A stretch of DNA of 64,000 nucleotides from the human T2T-CHM13v2.0 reference genome, Homo sapiens: the NCBI RefSeq assembly GCF_009914755.1, contig NC_060942.1; one strand, 5' to 3'. Every line of letters begins with the position of its first letter. Position 1 is the stretch's first letter. The translations under genes and the position numbers were made by a program. Below, piece after piece: positions 28,081-41,304 of this stretch. The notes under the pieces are model-generated. The model worked only from the letters and a program-made list of their open reading frames with translations, made no database searches and was not told the DNA's origin.

Positions 28081-29561
28081 TTATTCCGCTAAGTAAAACT
28101 GGGGCAGGGCAAGGGACTTCCGGAACACTGTGAACACTTTTTACCCAAAGAGTCAACTCATTTTTATTATTATTTATTTTCAGTGAGAAAGTTTATTTCT
28201 CTGCTCTCTTTGTTCTGTGTATTCTGGTATGCTTTTTGAAAACTTCTCTAATTCACAGACTAGATGTCCACTCTCTATCTTCTCTATCGTTTTTCTTTTT
28301 GTTTCTAGTCTATTTATCTTTGTATTCAGCTTTCTGGTCTATTTATCTATTCTGCTCTCTAGGTGGTTTCCAAGTTTATCTTCTGCATTACTTTTTCTGC
28401 ATTATCCATTCTATCCTTTACTGCCTCCAATTCATTTTGATTTTGCTGTTGGATTTCTAGTTTCCATTGGCTCTCTCCTAATCCCAGTTCCTGTCTCACA
28501 CTTCATTTCAGCCTGAGAGTTGCTTAGCTAATCACAATCCCTTCCTTCGAATGCCTATTCACACATCATAGAATCTATATTGTCATTCTCCTTACATACA
28601 AGCCCACATGTTTTGCACTTGAGTTTTTCATTTTATTTATATCTGGTTGATTGTCATTAATATGTTCAGAGTTACACATTTCCATTAAGTTTTCACGACA
28701 CTGCTCCTTTATTCTGCCAGGCAGGATTTTTGTGTAGATGCCATATTGCTCTGCGCCTCCCTCAATCCTGAATGAGATCACCCCTGTCTGGTCTTTTGTG
28801 TTTGCTGTGCGCATCAGCCTTGGACTAGCTTGGTGTCTGCTTAGGCAGAGTCTCCCTCTCAGACCTAAAGCTGGAGGGTGGCTTCATGAGCTCATCTCAA
28901 ATCCAATTTCCAATATTTAGCAGGCATTCAATCTCCTAGTAACCTTTGCTAGCCCAAAACAGAATGCTCTCTTGATGCCATGGATGATCAGGAAGAAACT
29001 GAGTCAAGAGCTAGTTCTTTGATCAGATGCAATCTATTTTTTAAAACTTCAGTTCCTTGTACACACTGCCTCCAAGTTTTTTCCTGCCCCAGAGGGCTTT
29101 GCCTGAGAGCACCATCCCTTAAAGGACACAGCATTTCACCCAGTCTCCTCCTGCCCCTGCACTGCCCCGAATCTCCAAGGCCTGGAATAAGGGTGGTGCA
29201 GATGGGAGCTGCCTTAATACACAGGCACAGGGCTTTGCTAGTACTGACAGATACTGTCTACCAGCCAGAGACAGATAGAGGAAGGGGCTGAAGCCTCAAG
29301 CTACCCCCTGTCTTTGGTCTTCTGGGTCCCCTGGGCAACCAGAATTTGTTGGTGACAGCACTTTAGTTAATGATGTCACCTCCTGAGTCTGGGAGGAGTC
29401 TGCTGGGGAACTGTTATCTTCCTTCTCAGTGTTGCTGTGGGACTTTGTTCTTTGATGTGTGCCTTCATGGGTATTTTTAGGGAATATAAGGAAATGACAA
29501 GCTGGGGGTTGATAGAGGGGCACCATTTTAACACCCGAGTTAGCACTTGATAAAGGCCTAG

Positions 29562-29735
29562 AGTTGTGGTTCAGAGCCATGGTTGCACGTTAGAATCAGC
29601 TGGGGAGCTGCCAAAAATTACCAGTGTCTGAGCCCCACCCTGACCAGTTACACAAGACTTTCCGGGGTGGGGTCCCAACATCAGCAGCCTCAGAGTTCCT
29701 CCAGGTGACTCCAATGTACAACCAGGGCAAGAGCG
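29562..29735. mobile_element. MER5A-like MITE
   Basis: ggttgcacgttagaatcagctggggagct...ggtggggtccc...ccaggtgactccaatgtacaacc. Confidence 0.7.
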
Positions 29736-30381
29736 TTTAACCCAGAGCAGAGAAGGGGCTTAATTTTTCATTCAAGTTCTAGTACTGTGTGGCCTTAGTC
29801 ATGTCTTTTAATATCTTTGTGCCTTAGTTGTCCCCATTTTAAAATGAGAATGGTAATGCCCACTCTTGCTCAGATCACATAAGAATATTGTGGGATAAAC
29901 AAAGGTTCATGAGAATGAAACCACCAAAAGATGTGTGACTTCAAGCCCAGTAGTGCAGGGTCCTTGGCAGGCCCTGGGGTGGCAGGCAATGTAATTCATT
30001 CATTCACAAAGACCCTGAACAGCTAGGACCCCCTGTGAACACTGCCTGCTCCAGGCTCTGGACTAGGGAGAAGAGACAAAGCTGTCAAAGATGCTGGGCA
30101 CGCACTACTTGCGGGGTCCCTGGAGTCTCTTGTGGTCCCTTTTCACCCTGGGTGAAAGATAAACAGCAGAACTCTACAATCATACCCAGGTGGACAATTC
30201 AGTGAGAAAGGAGTGGGGAGGCAGGAGGCCTGAGGGGTCAATATGAGGCCCATGAGGTCTGCAGGCATGGCTGCACTTACAAGGGACCGTGTGGACAAAT
30301 GGCTTCGTGGAAAGTACAGACTTGGAGAGTGACTAAGCGTGGGCTCTGATGCACTACTTTCCAATTTAAAAACACCATAAG

Positions 30382-30541
30382 AGCTGCTCTTGCCACAAAA
30401 ACAAACAAAACAAAAATGGGTAACTGTGAGATGATGGATATGTTGTTTGCTTCACTATAGTAACCTTTTTACTGCCTATATGTATCCCATTGCATCATGT
30501 TGTATACCTTAAATATACACAAAAACATTTTTTGAAAAATA
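30382..30541 (+). mobile_element. 5'-truncated L1MA-type 3' end with 14-bp TSD
   Basis: ggtaactgtgagatgatggatatgtt...catgttgtataccttaaatatacac; TSD aaaaacaccataag at 30368-30381 and 30542-30555, preceded by TT/AAAA. Confidence 0.85.
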
Positions 30542-30574
30542 AAAAACACCATAAGGAGAAAAAATGTTTGGTCT

Positions 30575-30780
30575 CCAGAGCAGGCTGACGTCAGTTTGAA
30601 TCCCAGCCCTGCCACTGGCTCATAGTCATGGGCAAGTTACACAACTTCTCTATCCTCAGATTCTCCATCTATAAAATGGGGCAGTAATAGGACCTGCCTT
30701 ATAGGACCATTGTGATAACTATGTAAAATACCACAATTAATATCCTTGGCTCAGTGTCTGGCTCACAAATAGCAGCTGCT
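30575..30780 (+). mobile_element. MIR SINE
   Basis: tttgaatcccagccctgccact...gggcaagttac...catctataaaatgggg. Confidence 0.75.
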
Positions 30781-31282
30781 GCTGTTACTGTTTTACATAT
30801 AAATATAGATATCAAAATAGTTATAGATACACACACAAGTATATACTTTTTTGTAACTGATGAAACTCAGGTCATTATAAGCTGTGGCCTAGGCTCATCC
30901 AAAGCTGGCACTGCAGGGCTTCTCAGCCAGCCCCTGACCTGCCACCTGAGGAGACCAAGGCCCACCCTCTAGATTGCACCTTCATCACTCACAAGGGACA
31001 GATGTTAACCAAGTCATCTCTGAGGGCCTTCCATCTCTGGAGATGCTGAGATTCTGGTGCCAAGGATGCTTGGCTGAAGTCAGCAGTGGTGTGGGGGACT
31101 GGGCTGTGGGAATGCTCTGAGTCACATTCTACAACCTGTCTTCCCATGTTCTATTTTGGTGGTGACACAGTCACCCAGACCAAGAATCTTGGCGTCATCT
31201 TGGAGTCTCCCTTTCCATCAACCCTTACAACCCACCACTTAGCAAGTACTATTGACCTTCACAATGTCTCTTGTGTCACTCC

Positions 31283-31650
31283 TGTATTGGTCAGCTATTG
31301 AGGCTGAACAAACAACCATAAAAATCTCAGTGGCACGCAGCAGTAAGCGTGCATGTAGATGATGTGTGTGCAGGTTGGTTGGGGGTCACCTGACCTAGGC
31401 TAGACTTAGGTGAGGCCCTGTCGCATATGTTGCCCACCTTCTCCCTGGGACCATCAGGCTAGCCCAGAGAGAGTCTTCTTAGGATGACAGAAGAAACATG
31501 AAAGTCAACATAAATATTTAACGCCTCACATCAGAATTGGCACACCATCACTCCTGCCTCATTCTATTGGCCAAAGCAAGACATATGGCCAAAACCAAAG
31601 ACAAGAGGTAGGGGAAATATCTTTCTGAATATTATTTAAGCTACCCCAGA
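31283..31650 (-). mobile_element. MLT1 (H/I/J-like) LTR inserted into an L2 remnant
   Basis: tgtattggtcagctattg...aaaatctcagtggc...cattctattggccaaagcaagacatatggcca; L2-like sequence on both sides ending in gaatgaatgaatg at about 31975. Confidence 0.65.
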
Positions 31651-32483
31651 TTCTTATCTTTCAGCTCTCAGAGCGCTGAGGTTTTAATTTCATCCTGCCT
31701 GGATGCTTGCAGTGGCCTCCTGTGTGGTCTCCACACCTTAGCTATATTAACCTTTCTGTTGAGCACTGGTATGACTGTGGTATTTCATGGCCCCATCCCC
31801 AAAACCTTCCCTAGCGACCATCCCATGGAACCCAGCTCCTTGGTTTTTTATACTTTCTTCTCTTGTATCACAGTGATGAATGAATATGTCTTATCTTAGC
31901 TCCTAGTGCAGAGCCTGTCACACAATGGGGCAATAATATTTTTAAGGAGGATGAATGAATGAATGAACGAATGAATGCCTAGGCCCCTCAAGGGACGGGC
32001 TGTAGCTGTGTAGCCCAGTGCTGGGGCGCTAGCCCACATGGTCCTCTGTTGCCACTGCTGATGATGTGTGGGTGGGCAGTGTTCTGGTTACCCCCAGTCC
32101 ACCACGCAGAGGGCATGACTTGGGGGTTAGCAAAGGGAGACGGTTTAGCCACAGGGAGTTAAGTGGAAAAGTGCTGAGTCTGGGGAGGGTGTCACCTCCC
32201 GTTCTACCTCATCCTCCCACATCAGCATTGCTGTCAGTGAAGGAGGATGACCAGCAGGTCTGGGCAATGCCTAGAGGCAAGGAAGCTGTGTCCCCAACCT
32301 GGGGACACCTGAAGAAGAGGTGTTATGGCCCCAGGTCAGGGTGGTCCCAGCCACAGAGAGTGCAATCACGCACCCCCATCCTCATTTAAAACATGGGGTT
32401 TGCCTGCTGCCCAGGAGCAGCCCCAAGACAACAGATGCTCTGCACAGCAGGGTGGCACCCAGGCCCCTCCCCAGCCCCGGGAG

Positions 32484-32514
32484 GCTGACGCGGTCTCTCA
32501 TGCCTCCACAGAAG
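32484..32514 (+). promoter_or_regulatory. Branch point (gctgAc, A at 32488), pyrimidine tract and 3' splice acceptor CAG (with tandem AAG)
   Basis: CTGAC lies 23 nt upstream of the AG at 32510-32511, followed by the tract tctctcatgcctccacag. Confidence 0.8.
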
Positions 32515-32667
32515 GACTTCACGGTGCGCGAGGAGCTGCAGCAGCAGGACGTGGAGCGCTGGCTGGGCTTCATCACCTTCCTGTGCGAGGTCTTCGGCAC
32601 CATGCGCAGCAGCACAGGCGAGCCCTTCCGTGTGCTCGTGTGCCCCATCTACACCTGCCTCAGGGAG
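32512..32667 (+). CDS. CTIF: Internal coding exon of CTIF (MIF4G domain), 156 bp = 52 codons, phase 0-0
   Basis: ctccacag|AAGGACTTC...CTCAGGGAG|gtaaga. Open frame KDFTVREELQQQDVERWLGFITFLCEVFGTMRSSTGEPFRVLVCPIYTCLRE. Strong GC3 codon bias and retained CpGs, unlike the flanks. The peptide matches my recollection of the CTIF C-terminal MIF4G helices. Confidence 0.93.
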
Positions 32668-32673
32668 GTAAGA
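32665..32673 (+). promoter_or_regulatory. 5' splice donor GAG|gtaaga
   Basis: Near-consensus donor at the end of the CTIF-like reading frame. Confidence 0.9.
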
Positions 32674-32768
32674 GACCTGCCGCCTGTGCCCCCTGCACAG
32701 CCAGACAGCACCAGGTCTGGAATGCGTCTCAGATAACCGGGACAAAGCTGTGAGGGTAGGCTCACTTA

Positions 32769-33092
<324 letters not shown>

Positions 33093-33469
33093 TCAGCAAA
33101 GAGATGTGCAACAGCAGTCACTTCTGCTCCCCAAAGCCAGGTCTTTCTTCGTTGGGTTTATATAAAGGGAACCAGCACCCCCTTCCCCCGTGGGGTGTTG
33201 TGAACTGAGGCTCCAGTCATTCCCAATCGGGAGCACTGGCTGCAGAGGGGAGGCCTATGGTAAGTGTTGTCTCAATGAGCGATCTTGGAATTGGATTGGA
33301 CTGGTTTGCCACTGGATTATTTATTCTATGAAAACATATTTTCTTCTAAATTTCATCTGAAAAAGAAAGAAACAAGAATGACCAAGGAACTTTTGAGAAG
33401 CAGGAATTCAGCAGGTGGTTGCACTGCCAGATATTATAACTCACTTTCTACACCCCTCTGGCTGCTGTC

Positions 33470-33975
33470 AGGGGAGAGAATTGAAAGGGGGCAAAGTGGA
33501 AGCTGGAAGCCGAGTGGGGCTGCTTAGGCTGCGCAGCAAGAGGTTGGTGGCTTGGAAGACAGCCTCGGAGTGAGGGCGAAGAGCACGTTTAGGCTCTAGT
33601 TGAATTTCTGAGTTAGAGCCAGCAGGACTCGGTAATGTGAGTTGGAGGGAAGGGAGGAGGGGACATGGGCTCCCCGTTTACCAGCCTGGTGGCCCCATTT
33701 TCTGAGATGGAGGATACTGGATGAGAAATAGAATGGGGATGAAAAGCAAGAGTCAGTTATGTTTGAGTCGCCTGTTAGCTGTCCCTAGGGAACTGCCCGG
33801 AGGTTGGCCGGGTGGAAGGGTCTAGAGATCCTGAAGAGGTCACGCATGGAGGTAGGGGATAGAGGGTTCTGGGAAGTATCGATATGCACCTGGTGCTCAA
33901 AGCTGGGGACCAAATGGAACCACGCAGGAAGAGAGTATAGATGGAGAGGGAGAGGAAGGGGGCGTGTAAGAACCC
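33470..33975 (-). mobile_element. Degraded L2 fragment
   Basis: Purine-rich L2-antisense-like motifs (ttagagccagcaggactcggtaatg, ttttctgagatggag, ggtctagagatcctgaagagg). Confidence 0.45.
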
Positions 33976-36900
33976 TCACAGCAGCCCTTCACTGGGACCT
34001 GGACGCCTCCCCCATGTTGTACCCTCCCACCACCGGCAGGCCTCTGCAGGGGCTACCAGGACACAAGGAGGAACAGCCTCCTGAGAATCAAAGGACCAGG
34101 ACAGAAAAGTGTCCTGGGTTTGGCAACAAGCAGGTCACGGGCCCTGGGTGTCAGCGGAGGTGAGGACAGGAGTGTGGACACGTCTTTCGAGAAGTTTTTC
34201 TGTGAATGGCAGCAGGGAAGGAGAGCTGTGGGGTCAAGGGGCATCTTTATGGTTTTGAAAGAAAGACAATAATAGAGCAATTTAAGAGAAGGGAGGGAGT
34301 GTATTTATGAGTGTTTTTGAAGCATCCGTTTATAGAACAATAGCATGCTCATTCCAGACAAGCACAGAGCACACAGTTCTCTCTCGGGTGTTTTGTAAAC
34401 CCATGAGCCTCTGCCACTCCATGTACCCAAACCACATTTCTTAACAAATGCACTTGAAATCAGATTTGTTTCGCAGATTCAGACAATGGCCTCTCCTGAC
34501 TTTGTTTCACTCTCAAAGTGCCTTGAGCTCAGAATGCAGCTCCAGGAGGGCTGGCAGCTCTGCTTTTTGCACCCTTTGGAATGACATGGAGGCTAGGAGC
34601 GGGCCTGCGTGGCCTCTTGGGTCCTCCCATCCTTGCCTGCATTGCCCTGTGCCCTGGACAACCCACCTCGAGACAGGGAGCAGCACTGTTCTAGGGCAGT
34701 GACCTGAATTGCCCCAACACGTTCCCTCTGCGTGATCTGGACACCTCCTGGTGTTGTCGTCACCTGCTCCTCCGAGAGGGAGGCAAGGCTGTAGCCGAGC
34801 GCCGGCCCTGGCTGCTGGGACACTTTTAACACCGCCTGAGGTAGTGCAAATATTCCAGTGTGAGATCCGGAGGTGCCAGGAGATGTGTGCAGACAAGAAC
34901 AAAGAGCCACGCCTAACGCACACTTGTTGGATGCATTCAAATTTTCGGGCCAGTTTGACAAACACAGACCCATCCAATGCTCATGGTAAACTTGAAGAAT
35001 AAATAAATCACCTATGGTCTTCTCCAATTTGTAAAAGAAGAGGGCAGAGCCCCATGTACCAAGCTAACTAGGGCCGGGCTGCAGCAGGGTTCACATCCTG
35101 GCTCTGTTGTTCATCAACTGCACCACGTTGGGAAGCATTTACCTGCTTTGAGCTTTGGCTTCCTCATCTGTAAATGGTGCTCATGCTGCTTTCTCTGCAA
35201 GGTGCAGGGAGGGTGGCAAGGCATGGAGAGACAGCTAAGTGCACTAGGGACAACGAGGCCGGAGGATGGAAGGAAGTGCCCGGGGCACGGCGTCTGGCAG
35301 AGAGCTAGTTGTCATCTAGGCTGATGGGGCCTAGGGGCTGAGCACATGCCTAATCTTAAAGGGCTACTTGGGCTGAGTGTCCTGCCCAGGGACAAACATC
35401 TGGTCCATGCCAGAGCTGGTCTGGAGCTCCTGAACTCCAGGTAGGGCTCTTTCCAGGAGAAATCTTGGCTTCCCTAAAACTGGGCCAAAAGAAAAGATGG
35501 GGACTTAAAGGGGTGCCCTACGGATCTCAACAATCCTTGTGAACAGCCTGTTGCCTTTCGCAGCTCCGTAGGGACCCCTGAATTCTTCAAGCCATTTGCT
35601 GCCTCATAACCAGGCTTGACCTACATCCCTAAAGCAGGTTGAGCCGGCTTATGGAAGTTTCCAGAGCCAAAGGCACAGCTGCAGCCCCCTCCATGCTGGA
35701 AAAGCTTAGGCTTTCCCCCTGGGGCCATGTAGATGTCTGACCCCAAATCCACAGCACCCACTTTGCCCTGAGATCCCCCCAACTCCCAGAACCACCCGCA
35801 GGCCCACATTTCCAGCTGCCCACTACACCTGTCCCAGGTCATACCTCAGGACCCTCCAAAAGGATGTGGTCAGAACTGCACCCCAAGACCCCCTGCTCAG
35901 TGCAGCTCTCATGCAGGCCCCCACCCATGCTGCCTGCCTCCCTGCAGCCAGGTAGCAGCCCCAGAACCCACGCCACGGCCTTTCCGCTGTCAAGTCACTC
36001 ACTCCATCCCCTGCGTCTGTACCCCCGGGGCTCCCCTGCAGTGCTTTCCTTGCTGCTTCTGAGTAAAACCCAAACCCACAGGCCATCTCTGAGTGAAGGG
36101 TCTTGCTGAGGGTGAGGACAAACCTAAGGGATAGATGCAAAGTCCTCACCATCCAGCCCGTCTGGGGGTCCTTGTGCTCACAGAGGCCCCCTTCATTCTG
36201 AGGTCCAAGCTTACTCGGTCCCCACGCTCCTTTAGCTCAAGCATGTGCTTAGTCCCCAGGCGCCTCAGCCTGGAGGACACCCAGCTCTCTGGGAGTCCCT
36301 GGGGACATCCTTTCACACCCTGACCTCATCAAATTAACCATTCTTTAAGTTACTCAAGCTTGAAACTTTGGAGTCATCTCTGCCTCTCTGTCTTCCTGTC
36401 CCTGACACTTCTTCCTAGGCCCAGTTTGAAGTCACCTTTTCTGTGTGGCACCCCCTCAGCACACCAACAGCTTCCTCCTAAGGGACCTGGAAGTGTCCTC
36501 TGTCCTTACTGCTCCATCCTCACCCCAGCCTCTTCACGTTGCCTTGTAGCAGTGTTCAGTAACGGTAGCAGCACATCTCACTGCATGGACGCCTCCATCT
36601 CAATCGAGTGCCTCGTGTGTTCTTTTCTCTTTTAACTCAGACAGCACTTTGAAGATTATCATCCCCATTTTTCAGAGGAGAGCAGAGAGGTCAGGCAACT
36701 TGCTCAGGGCCACACAGCCACCAAGCGGTAGAATCAGTCCTGGAATCCAGATCTGACCACCCCATTTCACTGCCTTGCAGGCAGAGCAGGGGCTACTCTG
36801 TTTGTTTTCTTGGTGCATAACTCAGCACCTATATGGTAGGATCCCAGTAGATCTTGGTGGAATTGATTCCATTTTTGCCCCAACTAACATGCCAATCAGA

Positions 36901-37491
36901 GATCCTTCTTCCAGAGATGAAAAAGAAGAATTTTCAATGTGTGCTTTTCTTGTTTAAGAACAAATAGTTTCTGCCGAGGTGGTTTTCAAAGTGATTGAAG
37001 AAGATTATTGGTCATCTGTAGCTGCAGGAGTCTCCTTGCTCTGCTATTTACAACTCATATTTGCTTAGCAAGCTCCTTTTTATTTTTTAAATATTTTTGA
37101 ATTTCTATTTTTAGTTTTACTGTGGTAAGGATACTGAATATGGATCTACCCTCTTCACAGGTTTCTAAGGATAAAGTACAGTATTGTATCCATAGCCATA
37201 ATGTTGTGCAGATCTCCAGAACATATGCATCTTGCATAACTTAAACTTTCACCCATTGATTAGCGACTCCCCATCTGCACTTCCCCCTAGCCTCTGGCAA
37301 CCACTATTCGTTGCTTCTTTGAATTTGACTATTTTAGATACCTCATGTAAATGGAATTATGCAGTATTCGTTCTTCTGTGACTGGCTTATTTCATTTAGT
37401 AATGTCATCAGAGTTCATCCATGTTGTTGTATATTGCAGTTTCCTTCTTTGTAAAGGCTGAATAGTATTCCATCGTATGTATATACCACTT

Positions 37492-37795
37492 TAAAATTTT
37501 TTTCTTGGAGGTTAATATTTGTACATATTTATGGGGTACATGTGATATTTTGTTACATGCATAGAATGTGTAATGATCAGGTCAGGGAATTTAGGATATC
37601 CATCACCTCGAGTATTTATCATTTCTATGTCTTAGGGACATTTCAAGTCCTCTCTTCTAGCTATTTTGAAATATATAATGCATTGTTGTTAACCATAGTC
37701 ACCCTACTGTGCTATCAAACATTAGAGCTGATTCCATCTAACTGTATGTTTGTACCCATTACCCAACCACTCTTCATCTCCCCACCCCCACCCCC

Positions 37796-37796
<1 letters not shown>
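37492..37796 (-). mobile_element. Younger L1MA-type 3' fragment nested in the L1MB
   Basis: ttgtacatatttatggggtacatgtgatattttgttacatgcatagaatgtgtaatgatca interrupts the host between gtatataccac and attgttttatccatt. Confidence 0.8.

Positions 37797-37831
<35 letters not shown>
37797..37831. repeat. (AC)17 microsatellite
   Basis: Perfect AC run. Confidence 0.95.
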
Positions 37832-37832
<1 letters not shown>

Positions 37833-39267
37833 TGTTTTATCCATTTATCTGCTGATGGACATTTGGGTTGTTTCCGTGTCTTGGCTTATTGTGAATAGAG
37901 CTGCAATGAACATGAGAGTGCTAATATCTCTTCAAAATCCTGATTCAAGCTCTTTTGGATAAATACTCAGAAGCGGGATTGCTGGATCATATGGCAGCTC
38001 TATTTTTAAGTTTTTGAGGACCCTCCATTTTGTTTTCCACAGCAGATGCACCATTTTGCATTTCTACCAACAGTGTACAAGGGTTCTAATTTCTCTCCAT
38101 CCTTACCAGTTTGTCTTTTGTTTTTTTTGCTCACAGCCATTCTAACAGGTATGAGGTGATATCTCATTGTGGCTTTAATTAATTTGCATTTCCCTGATGA
38201 TTAATGACATTGAGCATCTTTTCATATACCTGCTGGCCATTTTCCATGTCTTCTTTGGAGAAAGGTCTATTCCAATTCTTAGACTAGTTTTAAATTGAGT
38301 TATTAGGTTTTTTGCCATTGAGTTTTAGGAGTTCCTTATATATTTTGGACATTAACTCTTTATCAGATGTATGGTTTGCAAATATTTTCTCCTGTTCCAT
38401 ACTTTGTCTTTCTCTCTGCTGATTATTTCCTTTGCTGTGCAGAAGCATTTTAGTTTGATGCAATCCTACTTGTCTATTTTTGCTTTTGTTGCCTGTGCTT
38501 TTGGAGTCATATCCAAAAAAAAAAAAGTGTCCAGACCAACGTCAAGATGCTTTTTCTTTATGTTTTCTTCTAGTAGTTTTACAGTTTCAGGTCTTATATT
38601 TAAGTCTTCAATCCATTTTGAGTTGATTTTTGTATATGGTATGAAATAAGAGTATAATTTCTTCTTCGTGTGGATATCCAGTCTTCCCAAGACCGTTTAT
38701 TGAAGAGACTGTCTTTTCCCCATTGTGTGTTCTTGGCACCTTTGTTGAAGATCAGTCGACTGTAAATGTGTGGATTTATTTTTCGACTCTCTATTTTGTT
38801 TCATTGGTCTATATGCCTGTTTTCATACCAGTACCATACTGTTTTGATTGCTGTAGCTTCGGGATACATTTTGAAATTAGGAAGTGTGATTGCCTCAAGC
38901 TTTGTTCTTCTTCACTCAAGATTGCTTTGGCTATTTGGGCTCTTTTATATTTCCAAGTGAATCTTAGAATTGTTTTCTATACTTCTGTTTTTAAAATGCC
39001 CCTGGGATTTTGATAGGGATTGCATTGAATCTGCAGATTGCTTTGAATAGTGTGAACATTTTCACAATATTAAATCTTCCAATCAAAGATCAGGAATAAC
39101 ACAAGGATCCCCACTCTTACCACTCCTATTCAACATAGTACTGGAAATCCTAGCCAGAACAATTAGACAAGAAAAGGAAATAAAAAGCATCCAAATCTGA
39201 AAGGAAGACATAAAATTGTCTCTGTTTGTAGATGACATGATCTTATATATAGAAAATCCTAAAGACT

Positions 39268-39268
<1 letters not shown>

Positions 39269-39304
<36 letters not shown>
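39269..39304. repeat. (CA)18 microsatellite inside the L1 ORF2 remnant
   Basis: Perfect CA run after aaagactc. Confidence 0.95.
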
Positions 39305-39308
<4 letters not shown>

Positions 39309-39901
39309 GCTAGAACTAATAAATGAATTCAGTAAATTTGCAAAAAACATAATCAACATACAAAAATCCTTTCTATTTCTGTGCACTATCTGAAGAGGAA
39401 ATTAGGAAAACAATCTTACAATTGCATCCAAAAGAAATACTTAGGAATAGAGTCAACCAAAGAAGTAAAAAACTTGTACACTGAAAACTATAACATATTA
39501 TTTTAAGACATGAAAAAAGACACAAACAAATGGAAAAACATCCCATGAGCATTTTATAATAGCATTCTAAGGACCTCTTTCTCCTGCCCAGGTCCTCAGC
39601 CTAACTGTGACTATGAGGGCTGCACACACAGGAGGGGTGCAATTATTGTTTATGGCCTGAGCAAAGGGTTGTCATCTCCCCATCAGCTGGTATCTCTGAG
39701 CCAACATGCCAGGCTGTGGGTCTGGCTTGTCTAGAGCCTTCATTCCCTGACCCTACAATGCTCTCCACCTCCTCCGCCTCTCCGTGCCTCTGTGATCCCG
39801 TGGTGTTGTTGTGAGGCTCTTCTAGGTTATCATTGAATGCCTCTCTCTGAGCCCCTTACTTAAAGTCCTTTGTTGAAAATTTCTCTGGCAGGGGAATTTT
39901 C

Positions 39902-40231
<330 letters not shown>

Positions 40232-41304
40232 AAGCAGGGGAATTTTCAACAAAGTTCCATGCGCCTGTTTTCCTCCACTTCCTCTCATCCTCTCTCTCCC
40301 CTGAACATCCCACCTTTCTTCTCTCCATCCAATCCCCCCAGCTCATCCCTACCCATAATTCCAACCCTCCTGTCTCTTTGGAGTCCAGCAGCCATAGCCA
40401 GAGGTCAGGAGTGGAGTAAAGGAGGAAGGCAGGGCGCTTTCTGCCAGGAATCTCCCATCTCTCTGTACCCACCTCCTGATCCCCACCAACCTCTCCCTCT
40501 GGTTGCCCCCTGGCTCTTCTCCCCTCCAGGCCCCAGAAATCCCATCTGCCCCTCCCTGCCCTTTCCAAGGGAAGGGCAGGGAGAGGGCAGATGCCTCTGA
40601 GGGGTGTCTCTGAGGGGTGCCCCCAAGGGACACAACTGGCTGCGCTCCTAGAGGAGGTGGGCAGGCACAGGCCAGGGAGGAGAACACAGAGGCCAGCAAG
40701 TCAGGCTTCTCAGGAAATGAAATTGCTCTGTGCAACAATGAGAGAGCCACTTTTTAAACTTTTTGCGTGAGTGTGCATTCAATTGCTCACATTGTTTTGG
40801 CTCCAGGGGAAATCTGACCTCGGAAAAGGCTGAGATGAAGCGGGTGTGGGTGGAGAGCCTCTGCTATTTCACAGAGTCAAGCAACACATTCTTCAGAGGC
40901 ACCTTTCCAGGCGGACCATTCCTCCTTTCCCAAGAGCAGGGCATTCAGCTACCCAGCAGAGGCCAGGGCAGGACCCACTTTGGCCAGAAGTGACCAAGAT
41001 AGTCTGTTCCCCAGGGGTAACAATGAACTCTGATGGGGAGCAGAGATTTGCTGGCTGGATCCATGGGGAATTATCTTCAGCCCTGCAACTTGAGAAGCTT
41101 TTACTACATTACAAACTCTCAGACCCCTTCTTCAACCAATTAAACCAAACTTCCTGAAAATGGGGTTTGCTCGGCAGGGATATGTAAGCTTTCCAAATGA
41201 TTCTAATGTCCGGCCAAGGTTAAGGAACATAGTCTCAGCATCCTAGGTGCATTCAGTGAGCATCCACTGACCAGCCAAAAACCCTTGGGTGAGGGGCATA
41301 GCCT

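Larger units (their letters stand above)
37075..39547 (-). mobile_element. L1MB-type element: antisense 3' part (37075-39085) joined to an inverted ORF2 segment (39086-39547, + strand)
   Basis: L1MB2-like 3' end (tgtggtaag...gatctaccctctt). The + strand segment translates to a decayed RT: [53 protein letters not shown]. Confidence 0.88.

Noticed and set aside
32320-32736. 138-aa ORF read as a whole gene
   Set aside because: Only 32512-32667 is exon-like and bounded by splice sites; the flanks are intronic read-through.
39086-39547. Reverse-transcriptase-like reading frame as an active retroelement or domesticated gene
   Set aside because: In-frame stop, altered catalytic motif and a CA microsatellite insertion; it is a dead L1 fragment.
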